Positions 28,721-38,935 of a stretch of 64,000 nucleotides of DNA are shown one piece after another. Each line of letters starts with the position of its first letter. Within the stretch, counting starts at the first letter, position 1. This stretch comes from Planctomycetota bacterium (GTDB lineage Bacteria > Planctomycetota > UBA1135 > UBA2386): assembly GCA_965228735.1 (NCBI GenBank), contig OZ245838.1:608001-672000 (forward strand), given 5' to 3'. The position numbers and the translations under genes were made by a program. The notes under the pieces were generated by a model. It ran no database searches, was not told the DNA's origin, and saw only the letters and a list, made by a program, of their open reading frames with translations.

Positions 28721-29367
28721 TGGATGCGCACCCGTTGGCCTACGAGCTCATCAGCATGAGGCTGGACCGCATCGCGAGGCGGGACCCGAGCCCCTGCGGC
28801 GTTGTGCTGCCAGACACGGTGGGGACGGGCGTCCGCTTGTTCGCCGAGTGTGCGGTGGTCCTGTTCCCGGCCTGGTTGGTGACTTGGTCGTGCCTGTCAT
28901 GGGGGAGGCTGGGGATCGTCAGCGGGGCAGGGCGAGCAGGAACGGTCCTCTACTACTGGCCGGAGATCCTCCTGATCCTCGGCGCGTTGCCGCCGTTGCT
29001 TCACGGGACGCTTTGTGCGCGAGACGGGCGAGAGATCGACCTTCGACGGAGGTTGTGGCACCACCTTCGCCCCTTCGTTCGTGTGCTGGTCGGCTACGCC
29101 CTGGCCGTGGCGGTGACGTTCCTGCTGGTCGATGCCGACCTGCGAGACATCAGAGATGGCTACTGGTCGACGCATGGTCTCGCACTGGCCGTCACGTTGC
29201 CGCTGCTCTTGGCCAGCTTCTACGCCCAGTTCGCCGTCACAGCGGAAGAGGTGACCCCGCTCTACGCGGGATACCGATGTCTTGGAGCGTCGCAGGTTGA
29301 AGAGGTTGCTCGCGCCGCTTGCGATGAACACATCCGGAGCTTCCGGGGCGAGGAGGATGATTCATGA
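28720..29367 (+). CDS. Multi-TM membrane protein
   Basis: About four hydrophobic segments; overlaps the relaxase stop and the T4CP start. Confidence 0.6.
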   Translation: MDAHPLAYELISMRLDRIARRDPSPCGVVLPDTVGTGVRLFAECAVVLFPAWLVTWSCLSWGRLGIVSGAGRAGTVLYYWPEILLILGALPPLLHGTLCARDGREIDLRRRLWHHLRPFVRVLVGYALAVAVTFLLVDADLRDIRDGYWSTHGLALAVTLPLLLASFYAQFAVTAEEVTPLYAGYRCLGASQVEEVARAACDEHIRSFRGEEDDS

Positions 29368-30872
29368 CCCCGACTCCGCATCCTATTGAGAGCGGGGAAC
29401 TGCTTTCGTTGTCGCAGATGGCTCGGACCTGTCCGGAGGCACTAAAACGTCTACGCCTGTCGGCGGCCTACCCTTTTGCGGGGAACATCCTTCCGGATGG
29501 TTGTCTGGCTCCGAACTTCATGTACTTCGGCCAGACCGGTTCGGGGAAGACGCTGGAGCTACGGATGTTGCTTCGGAACGTGCTGGGTGCGAGGCCGTGG
29601 GATGGTCGGGTGCGTCCTCGCTGTCGCATCGTAATCTTCGACGCGAAGGGCGAGGACCTAATGCCGAGCGTGCTTGGGTGGTGCCCGCCTGAGTACCTGA
29701 TCGACCTTCATGCCTACAGCGAGAGCGGAATCGCTCTGCATCTGGGCAAGAGCTGCGTGACGCCGGAAGACGGTCAGGAGCTCGCCCACATGATGATCGA
29801 GGACTCGAAGAAGTCGCATGACTTCTTCACCCCAGCAGCTCAACAGCTGCTCGAAGCAATCGTGCACACGCTACAGCTGCGCGGAGGCGATTGGTTTCTC
29901 TACGACCTTCTTATCGCGTGTGGGGATGAGTCCCTCCTGCGGCACGTCCTCCAGCTGCACCCTCGCGGCAAGAGCCTGCTTCGCGAGTATCTGAGGAAGG
30001 GCGTAGAGGCGAGTCAGAACATGCTGCAGACACTGAACGTCAAGCTGGGGCCATGGCGTCTCGCTAGTTTGCTCGAGCGGCGGGCAGAGCACTACATCAC
30101 GGTGGATGGATGGCTGAACTCGGGAGGGGTGATCGTCCTCAGGGGATCGTCAAGGAACTCCAAGACGATCGAGGCGTGGAATTCGTTTGTGTTCCGTCTT
30201 CTCGTCGCTCGGCTGCGCGATCGGGCTGAGAACTACCCCGTCGATGAGACGTTCCTCTTCGTCGACGAGACGCCGGAGTCGATTCTCGCCTCCTACCGAG
30301 AGGCGCTTCTCCTTGGGCGCATCAAGGGCGTTCGGACAGCGGCGACGATTCAGGACCCAGGCGGCCTGATCGCCCGTTTCGGCGGACGAGAGCAGGCCAG
30401 CGAGGCAGTCGGGCAGATCGGCAACCTCTGCGTTGGACGGCTTGCGTCACCTGATGCGGCTGAGTGGCTGTCGGGCTTCTTCGGAAAGCACGTGTTCTGG
30501 CAGGAGAAGCGAACCGACACGAAGTCGCCGCAAGGCCGGAGCACAACGATCGGTCACGAGTTGCGCGAGGATCACAACGTCTACCCCTACGAGTTTCAGG
30601 ACTTCCCGCAGGCCTCCCTTGGGAACGGTTACGAGGTCGTCGCGCGTGCTCCGATGGTTGGGGCGTGGCGCAAGAAGGTCGATGGCAAGTTCATCAAGCA
30701 GATGTTGGGCGAGCAGCCGCCCAACGAGAACGTGCGTCGTAGACGCAAGCTGACGAAGGAAGACATCGGCTACACCTGGGGTGCGGCGGACTATGCGCGC
30801 CTCAAGATCCCGCCGCCGTCGAGCGGCGGCGAGAAGAAGATGCGCGATGGAGGCGTTCGTCTGCCATGGTGA
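29364..30872 (+). CDS. Type IV coupling protein (TraD/TrwB-like ATPase) without its own TM anchor
   Basis: GQTGSGKT, FDAKGE, DFFTPAA, LFVDE, TIQD, AAEWLSGFFG. Confidence 0.8.
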   Translation: MTPTPHPIESGELLSLSQMARTCPEALKRLRLSAAYPFAGNILPDGCLAPNFMYFGQTGSGKTLELRMLLRNVLGARPWDGRVRPRCRIVIFDAKGEDLMPSVLGWCPPEYLIDLHAYSESGIALHLGKSCVTPEDGQELAHMMIEDSKKSHDFFTPAAQQLLEAIVHTLQLRGGDWFLYDLLIACGDESLLRHVLQLHPRGKSLLREYLRKGVEASQNMLQTLNVKLGPWRLASLLERRAEHYITVDGWLNSGGVIVLRGSSRNSKTIEAWNSFVFRLLVARLRDRAENYPVDETFLFVDETPESILASYREALLLGRIKGVRTAATIQDPGGLIARFGGREQASEAVGQIGNLCVGRLASPDAAEWLSGFFGKHVFWQEKRTDTKSPQGRSTTIGHELREDHNVYPYEFQDFPQASLGNGYEVVARAPMVGAWRKKVDGKFIKQMLGEQPPNENVRRRRKLTKEDIGYTWGAADYARLKIPPPSSGGEKKMRDGGVRLPW

Positions 30873-31702
30873 GGTTCCGCGTAGCGTGGCCAGATGGCTT
30901 GAGGTCCCGGGTCATCGGGGCGGTGGGGCTCTTCGGTCTGGGAGCCTGCGCAAGCCTCGGCGTCGCGGTCATGGCGTCCGAGGGGGCTGGGGTCGTGCCG
31001 GCCGCGATGGCGTCGTTGGTCGTTGGCGCATTGTCCATCCTGGCCTTCTGGGTCATCGACCTGGAGAGGCGGGCCAACGAGAGCCGCGAGCGAATGCAGG
31101 GCCTGGAGCACCAGGCGTTCGTGGCGGATGGGAGAGCGCTCGATGCTGTCGTGGATAAGCAGAAGATCGAGCAGGATCTGAGAGCGGAACGCACTCGTAA
31201 CGCCGAGCTGCACCGAGAGCTGAATGACCTGCGCGAGCGGCTGCGTCTTGCGGAGGCCGGTGCCGATCTGAAGTTCGTCGAGGATCTGCGTGATTCCCGA
31301 CGTGACATCGAGGCCGCCCGTGGGGACTTCCTCGAGTTCCTTGAGCACAGCTTCTTCCCTGTTGGCGAGCGATACGAGGCCTTCCTCGCTCGGTGTGAGC
31401 AGTGGGACGAGCGGGTGTCTCGCCTTCTGCAGTCGCTGGATGGCTCCCTGGCGACTCTTGGGATGGAAGACGGAGGCCCGGTGCTCAGGGTTGCGCTACC
31501 GGAGGACCCGGGGGAGACCTTTGGCTCGGAGGCAGGGCAGGGTGAGTCCAGGAAGGTCTGGCGGGATCTGGTGAAGCAGTTCCACAGCGACACCCGTCCG
31601 TCCTTTGACCTGGCGTGGTTGAACGACGCCTTCGATGCGATCTTCCTCTACGTCAACTCGCAGTGGGAGGCTCTTCAGGGGCAAGAAGGAGCGCGATCAT
31701 GA
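30866..31702 (+). CDS. 2-TM, coiled-coil protein with a C-terminal J-domain-like segment (HSD)
   Basis: RKVWRDLVKQFHSD...AFDAIFLYVNSQWEAL. Confidence 0.55.
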   Translation: MVRFRVAWPDGLRSRVIGAVGLFGLGACASLGVAVMASEGAGVVPAAMASLVVGALSILAFWVIDLERRANESRERMQGLEHQAFVADGRALDAVVDKQKIEQDLRAERTRNAELHRELNDLRERLRLAEAGADLKFVEDLRDSRRDIEAARGDFLEFLEHSFFPVGERYEAFLARCEQWDERVSRLLQSLDGSLATLGMEDGGPVLRVALPEDPGETFGSEAGQGESRKVWRDLVKQFHSDTRPSFDLAWLNDAFDAIFLYVNSQWEALQGQEGARS

Positions 31703-32538
31703 AGTTCCCGACGATCCGATCAACGAGGCGTGCGTTGACCAGCAGTTCCCTTCTCTCGCAGTCACGCGCGCTCCGAGTTGAGAGCGGGGTCGACGTGGCG
31801 GTCCTTGCGGACGCTACGGCATCGATGGAGCCCTTCATCGATGCGGTGAAGACGCGTTCGATGGAGCTTCTGCGACGCCTGGTAGCTCGTCACCAACATC
31901 TGCGGATGACCTTCGGCTTCTACCGAGACCACACGTGCCAGACGCCGTTCGCCTTCTTCGGTGATGGCGGTCCCACACGTGGCGAGTTCATCGGGGCGAG
32001 CCGAGTTGACCAGCTGCGGAAGTTCGTCGACGGTGCGGGATTCACCGAGGGCAACGACACTTCGGTTGAGGCCCTTGGTGCCGGTCTGCTCTTCGCCAGC
32101 CAACTGCCCTGGGTGGCGCGGAATCGCGTGTTGGTCTGCGTCGGCGACCATGCGTCCCACGGATACGCGCAGGAGTTCGTTCCCGAGTTCGCAGGAGACC
32201 ACGACTCTATCGATCTCTGCGAGTTCGGCATGACTCATGAACGCATCCTCGCTTGTTTGAGTGGGGCCAAGATTCGCTGCTTCATGGTTCGGTGTGGGAG
32301 GGATGCTCCGGCGGAGAAGCAATACCGTGACATCGCGAGCAAGACCGGTGGGCGGTTCGTCGACTTCCAGAACGTGGAGGAGGGCGATGGTCTGATCGCC
32401 GCCGTCGAGGCGGCGGTGGCGGAGTCGCTGGGAGGCTCTGCGGTGGCGCTCCTCGAGAGGAAACGCAGCGATGGCCAGATCTCCGACCAGTCCGCGGTCG
32501 CCTTGCTCGAGGCGTTTAGAGGGAAGGAGCAGTCGTGA
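31699..32538 (+). CDS. von Willebrand factor A domain protein
   Basis: DVAVLADATASM (MIDAS), YRDH, LVCVGD, IASKTGG. Confidence 0.8.
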   Translation: MKFPTIRSTRRALTSSSLLSQSRALRVESGVDVAVLADATASMEPFIDAVKTRSMELLRRLVARHQHLRMTFGFYRDHTCQTPFAFFGDGGPTRGEFIGASRVDQLRKFVDGAGFTEGNDTSVEALGAGLLFASQLPWVARNRVLVCVGDHASHGYAQEFVPEFAGDHDSIDLCEFGMTHERILACLSGAKIRCFMVRCGRDAPAEKQYRDIASKTGGRFVDFQNVEEGDGLIAAVEAAVAESLGGSAVALLERKRSDGQISDQSAVALLEAFRGKEQS

Positions 32539-33953
32539 CGCTGCTGCAGGAGCGATTGATGCGTCCGGAGGTGCGCTACGCGAAAGCGCCTCCGCCGCCG
32601 GTGTGGGGCGTGGACGAGCGGCGGCGCATGGTGTCGTCGCTGCTCGTCGCCGCTTCGGTGTTCATCTACGGGTGTGTGTTCGGATGCACGCCCTTCCTGG
32701 AAGTGGTTGCGAACGGCATTCTGTGGGGTATGGCTACCAATGTTGCGTTCCGGGCGAAGACCGCTGTGATCGTGGTCGCGGCTCTCGCCATCGTTTTCCT
32801 TGTGGTTCGCGCTCTGAATGGCGATCCGGAACTGCCGAATGCGGGCGGCCAAGAGCGCGGTCAGGTTGATGACCCTACGCCGGCGCCGACACCCGCGCCG
32901 GATCCCAAGCCAGTGGAGGGAGGCGAGATCGATCCGCTGCTGCGGCGATTCGAGGCGCGTGATAGGTCGTTCCTCGAACGTCTTCTCAGCGGCGACGTGG
33001 GCGTGGTGCGCGACAAGGCCGGTTTGGATTCCGTGCGCGCGTGGATCGAACATGTCCGAGCTGCCCGTCAGCGACTCTCGAAGCGGAAGGCGGAGGTGGC
33101 GCGCCTCAGCTCCTTGCGTGACTTTGTCGAGCATCCAGCTGTTCTCTTCGAGTTGGGGTTGCTCGATGCTTCGAGTCTGCGCCCGCGGCAAGACGAGGGG
33201 CCGAGCATCACCGAAGCCGAGCGCATCGAGCGCGCAATGCGCTCGGGAGCCGAGAGAACGGCACGGAATCACGAGAGCACCGGGCGCAGCTTCACCGTCG
33301 AGATCTTCACGGATGGAACGAGTGACTCGGAGTCTCGCGACGCCTCGGGAGAACCGGTTGGCCGGAAGGGCATGCTGAAGCTCGTCAGCCCGAGGCTGAA
33401 CGGATACACGTTCATCGCTCCGGGGGAATTGGCGAGGATGACGCCCCCCGTGATCGGGTGTGATGCGATTCGCGAAGTGGTCCTGCACTATGTCCGGCAA
33501 ACGGGCGACCAGGAGTTCATGAAGGCATGGAAGGTCGTCACGAGATCGAGGGCGAATCCAAGCAACTTCGTCCGGAAGGTTGATGAAGGGCGCGGCGCGG
33601 ACCTCGACCGGATTGAAGAGGACTGTCTAGGCGGGGAGGTTCCTGCATCTACGGCAAAGCTGCTCGCGAGGTTCTATGAGGCCTACGAGAAGGACATCGA
33701 GGAACTCGAGCACTTCATCACGTGTCAACGATTGGTTGGTGGGCTCGCCTCCGCGACGTTGAAGGAGGCCCATCGGCGAGTCCGTGCGATGGAGGCCTCG
33801 CAACGGGCACGGAGGATCAAACGCAGGCAAAGCGAGAATCGTGGTCCCTACTACGTCAGTAATCGAACTCCCGTCCAGACGATGGAACAGCGAAGGGGGG
33901 TGTTGAGGGCGGCCATCCAAGGGTCTGTTCCGAAGAAGAAGCGAGGTTGGTAG
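32535..33953 (+). CDS. Membrane-anchored hypothetical protein
   Basis: N-terminal TM helices, Pro-rich linker, large soluble part. Confidence 0.6.
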   Translation: MTLLQERLMRPEVRYAKAPPPPVWGVDERRRMVSSLLVAASVFIYGCVFGCTPFLEVVANGILWGMATNVAFRAKTAVIVVAALAIVFLVVRALNGDPELPNAGGQERGQVDDPTPAPTPAPDPKPVEGGEIDPLLRRFEARDRSFLERLLSGDVGVVRDKAGLDSVRAWIEHVRAARQRLSKRKAEVARLSSLRDFVEHPAVLFELGLLDASSLRPRQDEGPSITEAERIERAMRSGAERTARNHESTGRSFTVEIFTDGTSDSESRDASGEPVGRKGMLKLVSPRLNGYTFIAPGELARMTPPVIGCDAIREVVLHYVRQTGDQEFMKAWKVVTRSRANPSNFVRKVDEGRGADLDRIEEDCLGGEVPASTAKLLARFYEAYEKDIEELEHFITCQRLVGGLASATLKEAHRRVRAMEASQRARRIKRRQSENRGPYYVSNRTPVQTMEQRRGVLRAAIQGSVPKKKRGW

Positions 33954-33954
33954 A

Positions 33955-34317
33955 TTGGGTGAACTCTCTCCAGATTCGATGCGTGATGAGGGCGATCGCC
34001 TTCTCCCATCCGTGCCTGATGGTGATGCCGGCGCGCGACACTCCGATGTGATCGCAAGCCTCATGGCTCAGCTCGAAGACACCCTGGAGAAGAAGCTCGA
34101 GGAGATCGAGCAGCGACTGCGTACACGTCCGACCCTGCGAAAGATGTTCACCGAACGCGATCTGTCTGAGCTGCTTCAGTGCGACGTGCGGACCGTCCGT
34201 CGACTGGAGAAGGCCGGCGACCTGCCGCCAGCGATTCGCTTCGGTGGCTCGAAGCGGTGGCGCGTACGCACGATCGAGGAGTGGTTGGATGGCATGTCCG
34301 AGGAGCTGAACCGGTGA
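33955..34317 (+). CDS. Excisionase/AlpA-like HTH protein
   Basis: MFTERDLSELLQCDVRTVRRLEKAGDLPPAIRFGGSKRW; directly upstream of int; start uncertain. Confidence 0.82.
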   Translation: MGELSPDSMRDEGDRLLPSVPDGDAGARHSDVIASLMAQLEDTLEKKLEEIEQRLRTRPTLRKMFTERDLSELLQCDVRTVRRLEKAGDLPPAIRFGGSKRWRVRTIEEWLDGMSEELNR

Positions 34318-35681
34318 GAGGCCGCGCAATCGGACGTGGGCGCCTCGTCAGGCGGCGGAACAAACGTGGCACGGTCTACGTGGGAGACTGGAGCGACGCG
34401 AGCGGTAAGCGGCGCCGCCAGGTGCTTTCGACGGATCGGCGGGTCGCCGAGCGTCAACTCGGAGACATCATCCGTCGGCGGGACCTCGAGCTCGCCGGGC
34501 TTGGTCGCGAGGAGTCCCACGACCGCCTGCTCGAAGAGGTTCGGGGACTCTACGAATCCGATCTCGAGCAGAGGGTCAGTGCCGGGCACCTGAGCAACCT
34601 GAAAGGCCGACTGAAGCGCGTGCTCGGGGGACTGCGCGCCAGGCGTGTCTCGGAGTTGCAGACGAGCGACCTGCTCGAGTGGCGTCGCCGGCGCATCGAA
34701 GACGGTGCGTCCAACCGGACCGCGAACCTCGACGTGGCGGCCGTCCAGGGGATGCTGCGGTGGGCGGTCGACTGCGACGTCATCGCATCGAACCCGCTGG
34801 CGAAGCTCAAGCGACTGCCGCAGGGGCAGAAGCACCAGCGCTACCGTCGGCGTGCCCTCACGGAAGCAGAGATCGAACGATTCCTCACGGCCGCGATCGA
34901 GGACGACGCCGAGCAGGCGCGCCACGTGGCGGCCGAACGCACGATCAAGAACGGCACGAAGGGGAGTCGCTACGCCGGCCGCGAGCGCTCGCATCGGGTG
35001 CCGCAGTACCCTCTCTGGCTCGCGCTCGTGGAGACCGGCGCCCGTTGGGGAGCCCTCAGCCAGACCGTCTGGCAGGACCTCGACGAGGAAAGCGCGACGC
35101 TTCGGCTGCGCGCAGAGACGGCAAAGTCAGGTCGCGAACAAACCAACCCCATCCGCAAAGAGCTGGTCCAGGAGCTCGTCGCGCTGCGAGAACTCCAGAC
35201 CGAGCTACTCGGCGACGTGCCCGGGGACGGCGATCGAATCTTCCTGACCCCGCGGGGCGAGCCATGGGGCAAGCAAAGCCGGAACGCGATGCGCATCTTC
35301 GACCGGCTGCTCGACCGCGCCGAGCTCGAGAAGATCGACGCGTCGGGCCAGAAGCTCGACATCCATGCCCTGCGGCACACTTACGGAACGCGACTGCTCC
35401 GTGCCGGCGTTGGCCTGCACCAGGTGCAGAAACTCATGGGCCACAGTTCGCCTGAGCTGACAGCTCGTGTCTACGCGCACCTCGTGTGCGACGATCTGAG
35501 AGACGCGGTCGAACGGTTACCGCGTGGCGGTGGTGGTGGCAGCCGCTCACAGCTCCGCGGACTTCCTGGCACTAAACTGGCACACGGCAAGGGGAGCTTC
35601 GGGCGCGTCGCGCGTAAGTCCCTGGAAGGAATGGAGCGGGTGATCGGGATCGAACCGACGACATTCAGCTTGGGAAGCTGA
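34314..35681 (+). CDS. int: Tyrosine integrase (stop codon inside the tRNA gene, antisense)
   Basis: TGARWG, AKSG, HALRHTYGT, MGHSS, VYAH; GTG overlaps the xis stop. Confidence 0.93.
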   Translation: MRGRAIGRGRLVRRRNKRGTVYVGDWSDASGKRRRQVLSTDRRVAERQLGDIIRRRDLELAGLGREESHDRLLEEVRGLYESDLEQRVSAGHLSNLKGRLKRVLGGLRARRVSELQTSDLLEWRRRRIEDGASNRTANLDVAAVQGMLRWAVDCDVIASNPLAKLKRLPQGQKHQRYRRRALTEAEIERFLTAAIEDDAEQARHVAAERTIKNGTKGSRYAGRERSHRVPQYPLWLALVETGARWGALSQTVWQDLDEESATLRLRAETAKSGREQTNPIRKELVQELVALRELQTELLGDVPGDGDRIFLTPRGEPWGKQSRNAMRIFDRLLDRAELEKIDASGQKLDIHALRHTYGTRLLRAGVGLHQVQKLMGHSSPELTARVYAHLVCDDLRDAVERLPRGGGGGSRSQLRGLPGTKLAHGKGSFGRVARKSLEGMERVIGIEPTTFSLGS

Positions 35682-35706
35682 CGTTCTACCACTGAACTAC
35701 ACCCGC
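35632..35706 (-). tRNA. tRNA-Gly (CCC), integration site
   Basis: GCGGGTGTAGTTCAGTGGTAGAACGTCAGCTTCCCAAGCTGAATGTCGTCGGTTCGATCCCGATCACCCGCTCCA: full cloverleaf with CCA. Confidence 0.98.
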
Positions 35707-36774
35707 ATCGGGTCCGGACTCTGCACTCCGGCTCCCTTCGATGCTAGCGCTCGCCTCTCACCTTCGCCAGCGTCACTTGTCACGCCGCACGAAGCGCACC
35801 GTTGGCACGCCCTCGGCCCGCGGCAGATAGGTCACGATGCGTTCCGCACCATCGACCTTCACCCGCACGGTGATCGGGCGGTCGCCGTCGCGGAGGCGTT
35901 CGTAGCTCACGAACTTCTGGCCGTCCTGCAGGCCGGCCTTCTCGGCCGCGGAGCCGGGTTTCACGCCCGCTACTTCGCCCGTGTTGCGCGTCGCCCTGAG
36001 GTCGAAGCCGCGTTCGTAGGGATACACGGTCACGTTCTTCGGCACGAACTCCTCGCCGAACGAGTCCTCGGCGATCGTTGGCGGCTCGCCTTGCACGACG
36101 TGCTTGTCGTAGTCCGCTCGGGCGTCGAGGTCGAACGACTCGAGAAGTTCGAAGAACTGGTCTTCCGTGATGAGGCCATCGCTCTCTTTTGCGAGCTCGA
36201 AGAACTTCTTCAGCACCTCGTACATCGACGAGCCGCGACTGCGGAGCTCGCGATCCTGGCGTAGCGCGATCAGCGGACCTCGAAAGTACGACGTGCGTTC
36301 GACGAAGTTGCTGTAGCCGCCGGCCTTGATCATGTCCTTGACGCCTTCGAGGCTCACGTTGCGCTCCTTGTTCTTCGCCTGTTCCTCGAGGTCCTGGTTG
36401 AAGAACTCGACGTAGCGGTCCTTGGTCACGCGGCCGCTGTCGAGCAGCATGCGGCGGGCGAGATACTCGGTGTAGCCCTCGTGAAACCAGTCGAGGCGGA
36501 ACTCGTCGAGCGTCGTGCCGTTGCGCCAGACGTCGATTGCGCCCGTTCTCGGCAGCCAGTTGTGGAAGAACTCGTGGGCGATCAGGACTTCGAGTTTGGC
36601 GCGTTCGCTGTCGGGTCGGGCGTAGCAGATGAACGCGTCCTGGATCGCGGTGCCCGCGTGGATGCGTTCGCGCGGGAAGATGCTGATCGTGTAGTGGTCG
36701 GCGTCGCTGTCGAAGGGGCCAAACCTTCTCGCCTGGTCGGCGACGATCCGTTTGGTCGTGTTGACGATGGTTTG

Positions 36775-38138
36775 GGGAGTGTGCGATGAACGGTGTATTC
36801 GCGTGACGGCTGGTGGGATCCTCTGACCCGTAGGGAGCCCACCGATGACCCCGAAGAAGAATGACCGCCACCGAATCCCGGACGAGCTGATCGACCAGCT
36901 CCTCGCCAACTACGAGAAGCCAGAAGACCTGACAGGAAAGGACGGCATCCTCAAGGAGCTGACGGCCCGGCTGCTCGGCCGAGCCCTCGAAGGCGAGATG
37001 ACCGAGCACCTCGGCTACGAGAAGCACGCACCGCGTGCCGAGGGCACGAGCAACGCGCGCAACGGATCACGCAGCAAGACGATCAAGGTCGAGGACGGCG
37101 AGCTCGAGATCGAGGTGCCGCGCGATCGCGACAGCACGTTCGAGCCCGAGATCGTCAAGAAGCGCCAGAGACGCTTCGCGGGCTTCGACGAGAAGATCCT
37201 GGCGCTCTACGCCCGCGGCATGACCGTCCGCGACATCCAGGGCCACCTGGAGGAGCTGTACGGCGTCGAGGTCTCGCCATCGCTGATCTCGAGCGCCACG
37301 TCGGCGGTCCACGAAGACGTCCTGGCCTGGCAGAGCCGGCCGCTCGAGCCGGTCTACCCGATCGTCTTCCTCGATGCGCTCGTCGTGAAGGTGCGCGACG
37401 AAAGCGTCGTCCGAAACAAGTCGGTTTACCTGGCGATCGGCGTCACGCTCGACGGCCGCCGCGAAGTCCTCGGGATCTGGATCGAGCAGACGGAGGGCGC
37501 CAAGTTCTGGCTGAAGGTCATGAACGAGCTGAAGACGCGGGGCGTCCAGGACATCCTGATTGCGTGCTGCGATGGCCTGAAGGGCTTCCCGGACGCGATC
37601 GAGCACGTGTTCCCGCAGGCCACCGTGCAGACCTGCATCGTGCACATGATCCGGAACTCGCTGCGCTTCGTCAGCTACAAGGATCGCAAGGCCGTCGCCA
37701 AGGACCTCAAGCCGATCTACACGGCGGCCAACCGTGAAGCCGCCGAGGCAGCGCTGGATGCCTTCGACAAGAAGTGGGGCCGCCGCTACGAGATGATCAC
37801 CTCGTCCTGGCGAGCGAACTGGGAGCGTGTCGTGCCGTTCCTCGACTTCCCGCCCGAGGTCCGGCGCGTGATCTACACGACCAACCAGATCGAGGCGCTC
37901 AACTCGAGCCTGCGCAAGCTGCTGCAGTACCGCGGCCACTTCCCGGACGACAAGTCCGTCACCAAGCTGCTCTACCTCGCGCTGCGTCGCTTCGAGAAGA
38001 AGTGGACGCGTGCGCTCTGGAATTGGAGCGCCGTCCTCGGGCAGCTCGCTATCTTCTTTCAAGGCAGGATACCTGCCCTGTAACCGTGACCTCACTCCGC
38101 CAGCTGGTCGCCGTTTACACCGTTAGCTGCACACTCCC
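36775..38138 (+). mobile_element. IS256-family insertion sequence (1,364 bp)
   Basis: TIRs GGGAGTGTGC-n4-AACGGTGTA; TSD ATGGTTTG at 36767-36774 and 38139-38146. Confidence 0.93.
36845..38083 (+). CDS. IS256-family transposase
   Basis: LYARGMTVRDI, VFLDAL, CCDGLKG, QTCIVH, YTTNQIE. Confidence 0.95.
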   Translation: MTPKKNDRHRIPDELIDQLLANYEKPEDLTGKDGILKELTARLLGRALEGEMTEHLGYEKHAPRAEGTSNARNGSRSKTIKVEDGELEIEVPRDRDSTFEPEIVKKRQRRFAGFDEKILALYARGMTVRDIQGHLEELYGVEVSPSLISSATSAVHEDVLAWQSRPLEPVYPIVFLDALVVKVRDESVVRNKSVYLAIGVTLDGRREVLGIWIEQTEGAKFWLKVMNELKTRGVQDILIACCDGLKGFPDAIEHVFPQATVQTCIVHMIRNSLRFVSYKDRKAVAKDLKPIYTAANREAAEAALDAFDKKWGRRYEMITSSWRANWERVVPFLDFPPEVRRVIYTTNQIEALNSSLRKLLQYRGHFPDDKSVTKLLYLALRRFEKKWTRALWNWSAVLGQLAIFFQGRIPAL

Positions 38139-38863
38139 ATGGTTTGGGGCTCGCGCAGGCCGCGCAGGTAGACGCCGACCTTCTTGGTTCCCGAATCGAA
38201 CTGGCCGGGGTAGACGTTGTCGACGCCGACGCGGCCCGCGCCGAAGAACGCGCTCATGTCGCGCTCGCGGCGGTGACAACTCCACGGGCCCGGGCCCGCG
38301 CCGAGGTTGGAGTAGGCGACCCAGCCCTCGGGCGTGCTCGTGACCTCGACGCGGTAGTGCTGCGGCCGCTCTCGATCACGGACCCTGGCGCGCCACTGCT
38401 CGTCGAAGACGTGCAGATGATCCGGGCCCGTCGACGGGCGGTAGGCGTAGCCGTCGTGTTTGGTCGGATCGATCGCGAGGGTGTAGGCGAACGTGAGTTC
38501 GGCGCCCGGCTCGTGCGTGAGCGTGTGCAGCCAGCCCGCGTCGTCGGGCGCGAGCTCGGCGCCGGTCGCGCGCACGTCCTTCGTCATCCGCCACAGCCGC
38601 GGTGTGCCGTAGCGGCAGTTGGGCAGCGCGATGCGGGTCTCGCCGTCCGCGTCGCCGGTCAGCCGCAGCTCGACGTGCAGTTCGGTGCGGTCCGCGGTCG
38701 GGTGCAGCGCGAGGCGGTAGTGCAGATCGGGGGCCTGCTGTTCCTGCGCGGAGGCGAGCTGGCAGCAGGCGAGGGCGAACGCGGCGGTTCGGATCATGGC
38801 GAGTCTCCGGACAGGGTATCGGAGCTCGCCGCCGACGATTCGCGGGCAGGCAGATTGCCCGGG

Positions 38864-38911
38864 CGATGCGGCCCCCGATGCAGTCCCCGATCTGGCCCGC
38901 GATGCAGCCCC
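38864..38911. repeat. 4 x 12-bp imperfect tandem repeat
   Basis: CGATGCGGCCCC CGATGCAGTCCC CGATCTGGCCCG CGATGCAGCCCC. Confidence 0.75.
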
Positions 38912-38935
38912 CCCGCGGACCGCGCCGCCCGCCGA

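Larger units (their letters stand above)
1..35681. mobile_element. Integrated plasmid-like/mobilisable element at tRNA-Gly (partial; left end outside window)
   Basis: int/xis abutting the tRNA 3' end, relaxase, T4CP, par, rep-like gene, RadC, defence cargo; visibly less GC-rich than DNA right of the tRNA. Confidence 0.85.
35773..38797 (-). pseudogene. Secreted M61-like zinc aminopeptidase with PDZ, interrupted by IS256
   Basis: Signal peptide; AHEFFHNW, WFHEGYTEY; removing IS and TSD restores 550 aa (REPQT|IVNTT). Confidence 0.85.

Noticed and set aside
1..35631. Second att site (duplicated tRNA-Gly 3' end) and VirB/T4SS genes
   Set aside because: Not found by eye in the window; the element boundary is presumably further left.
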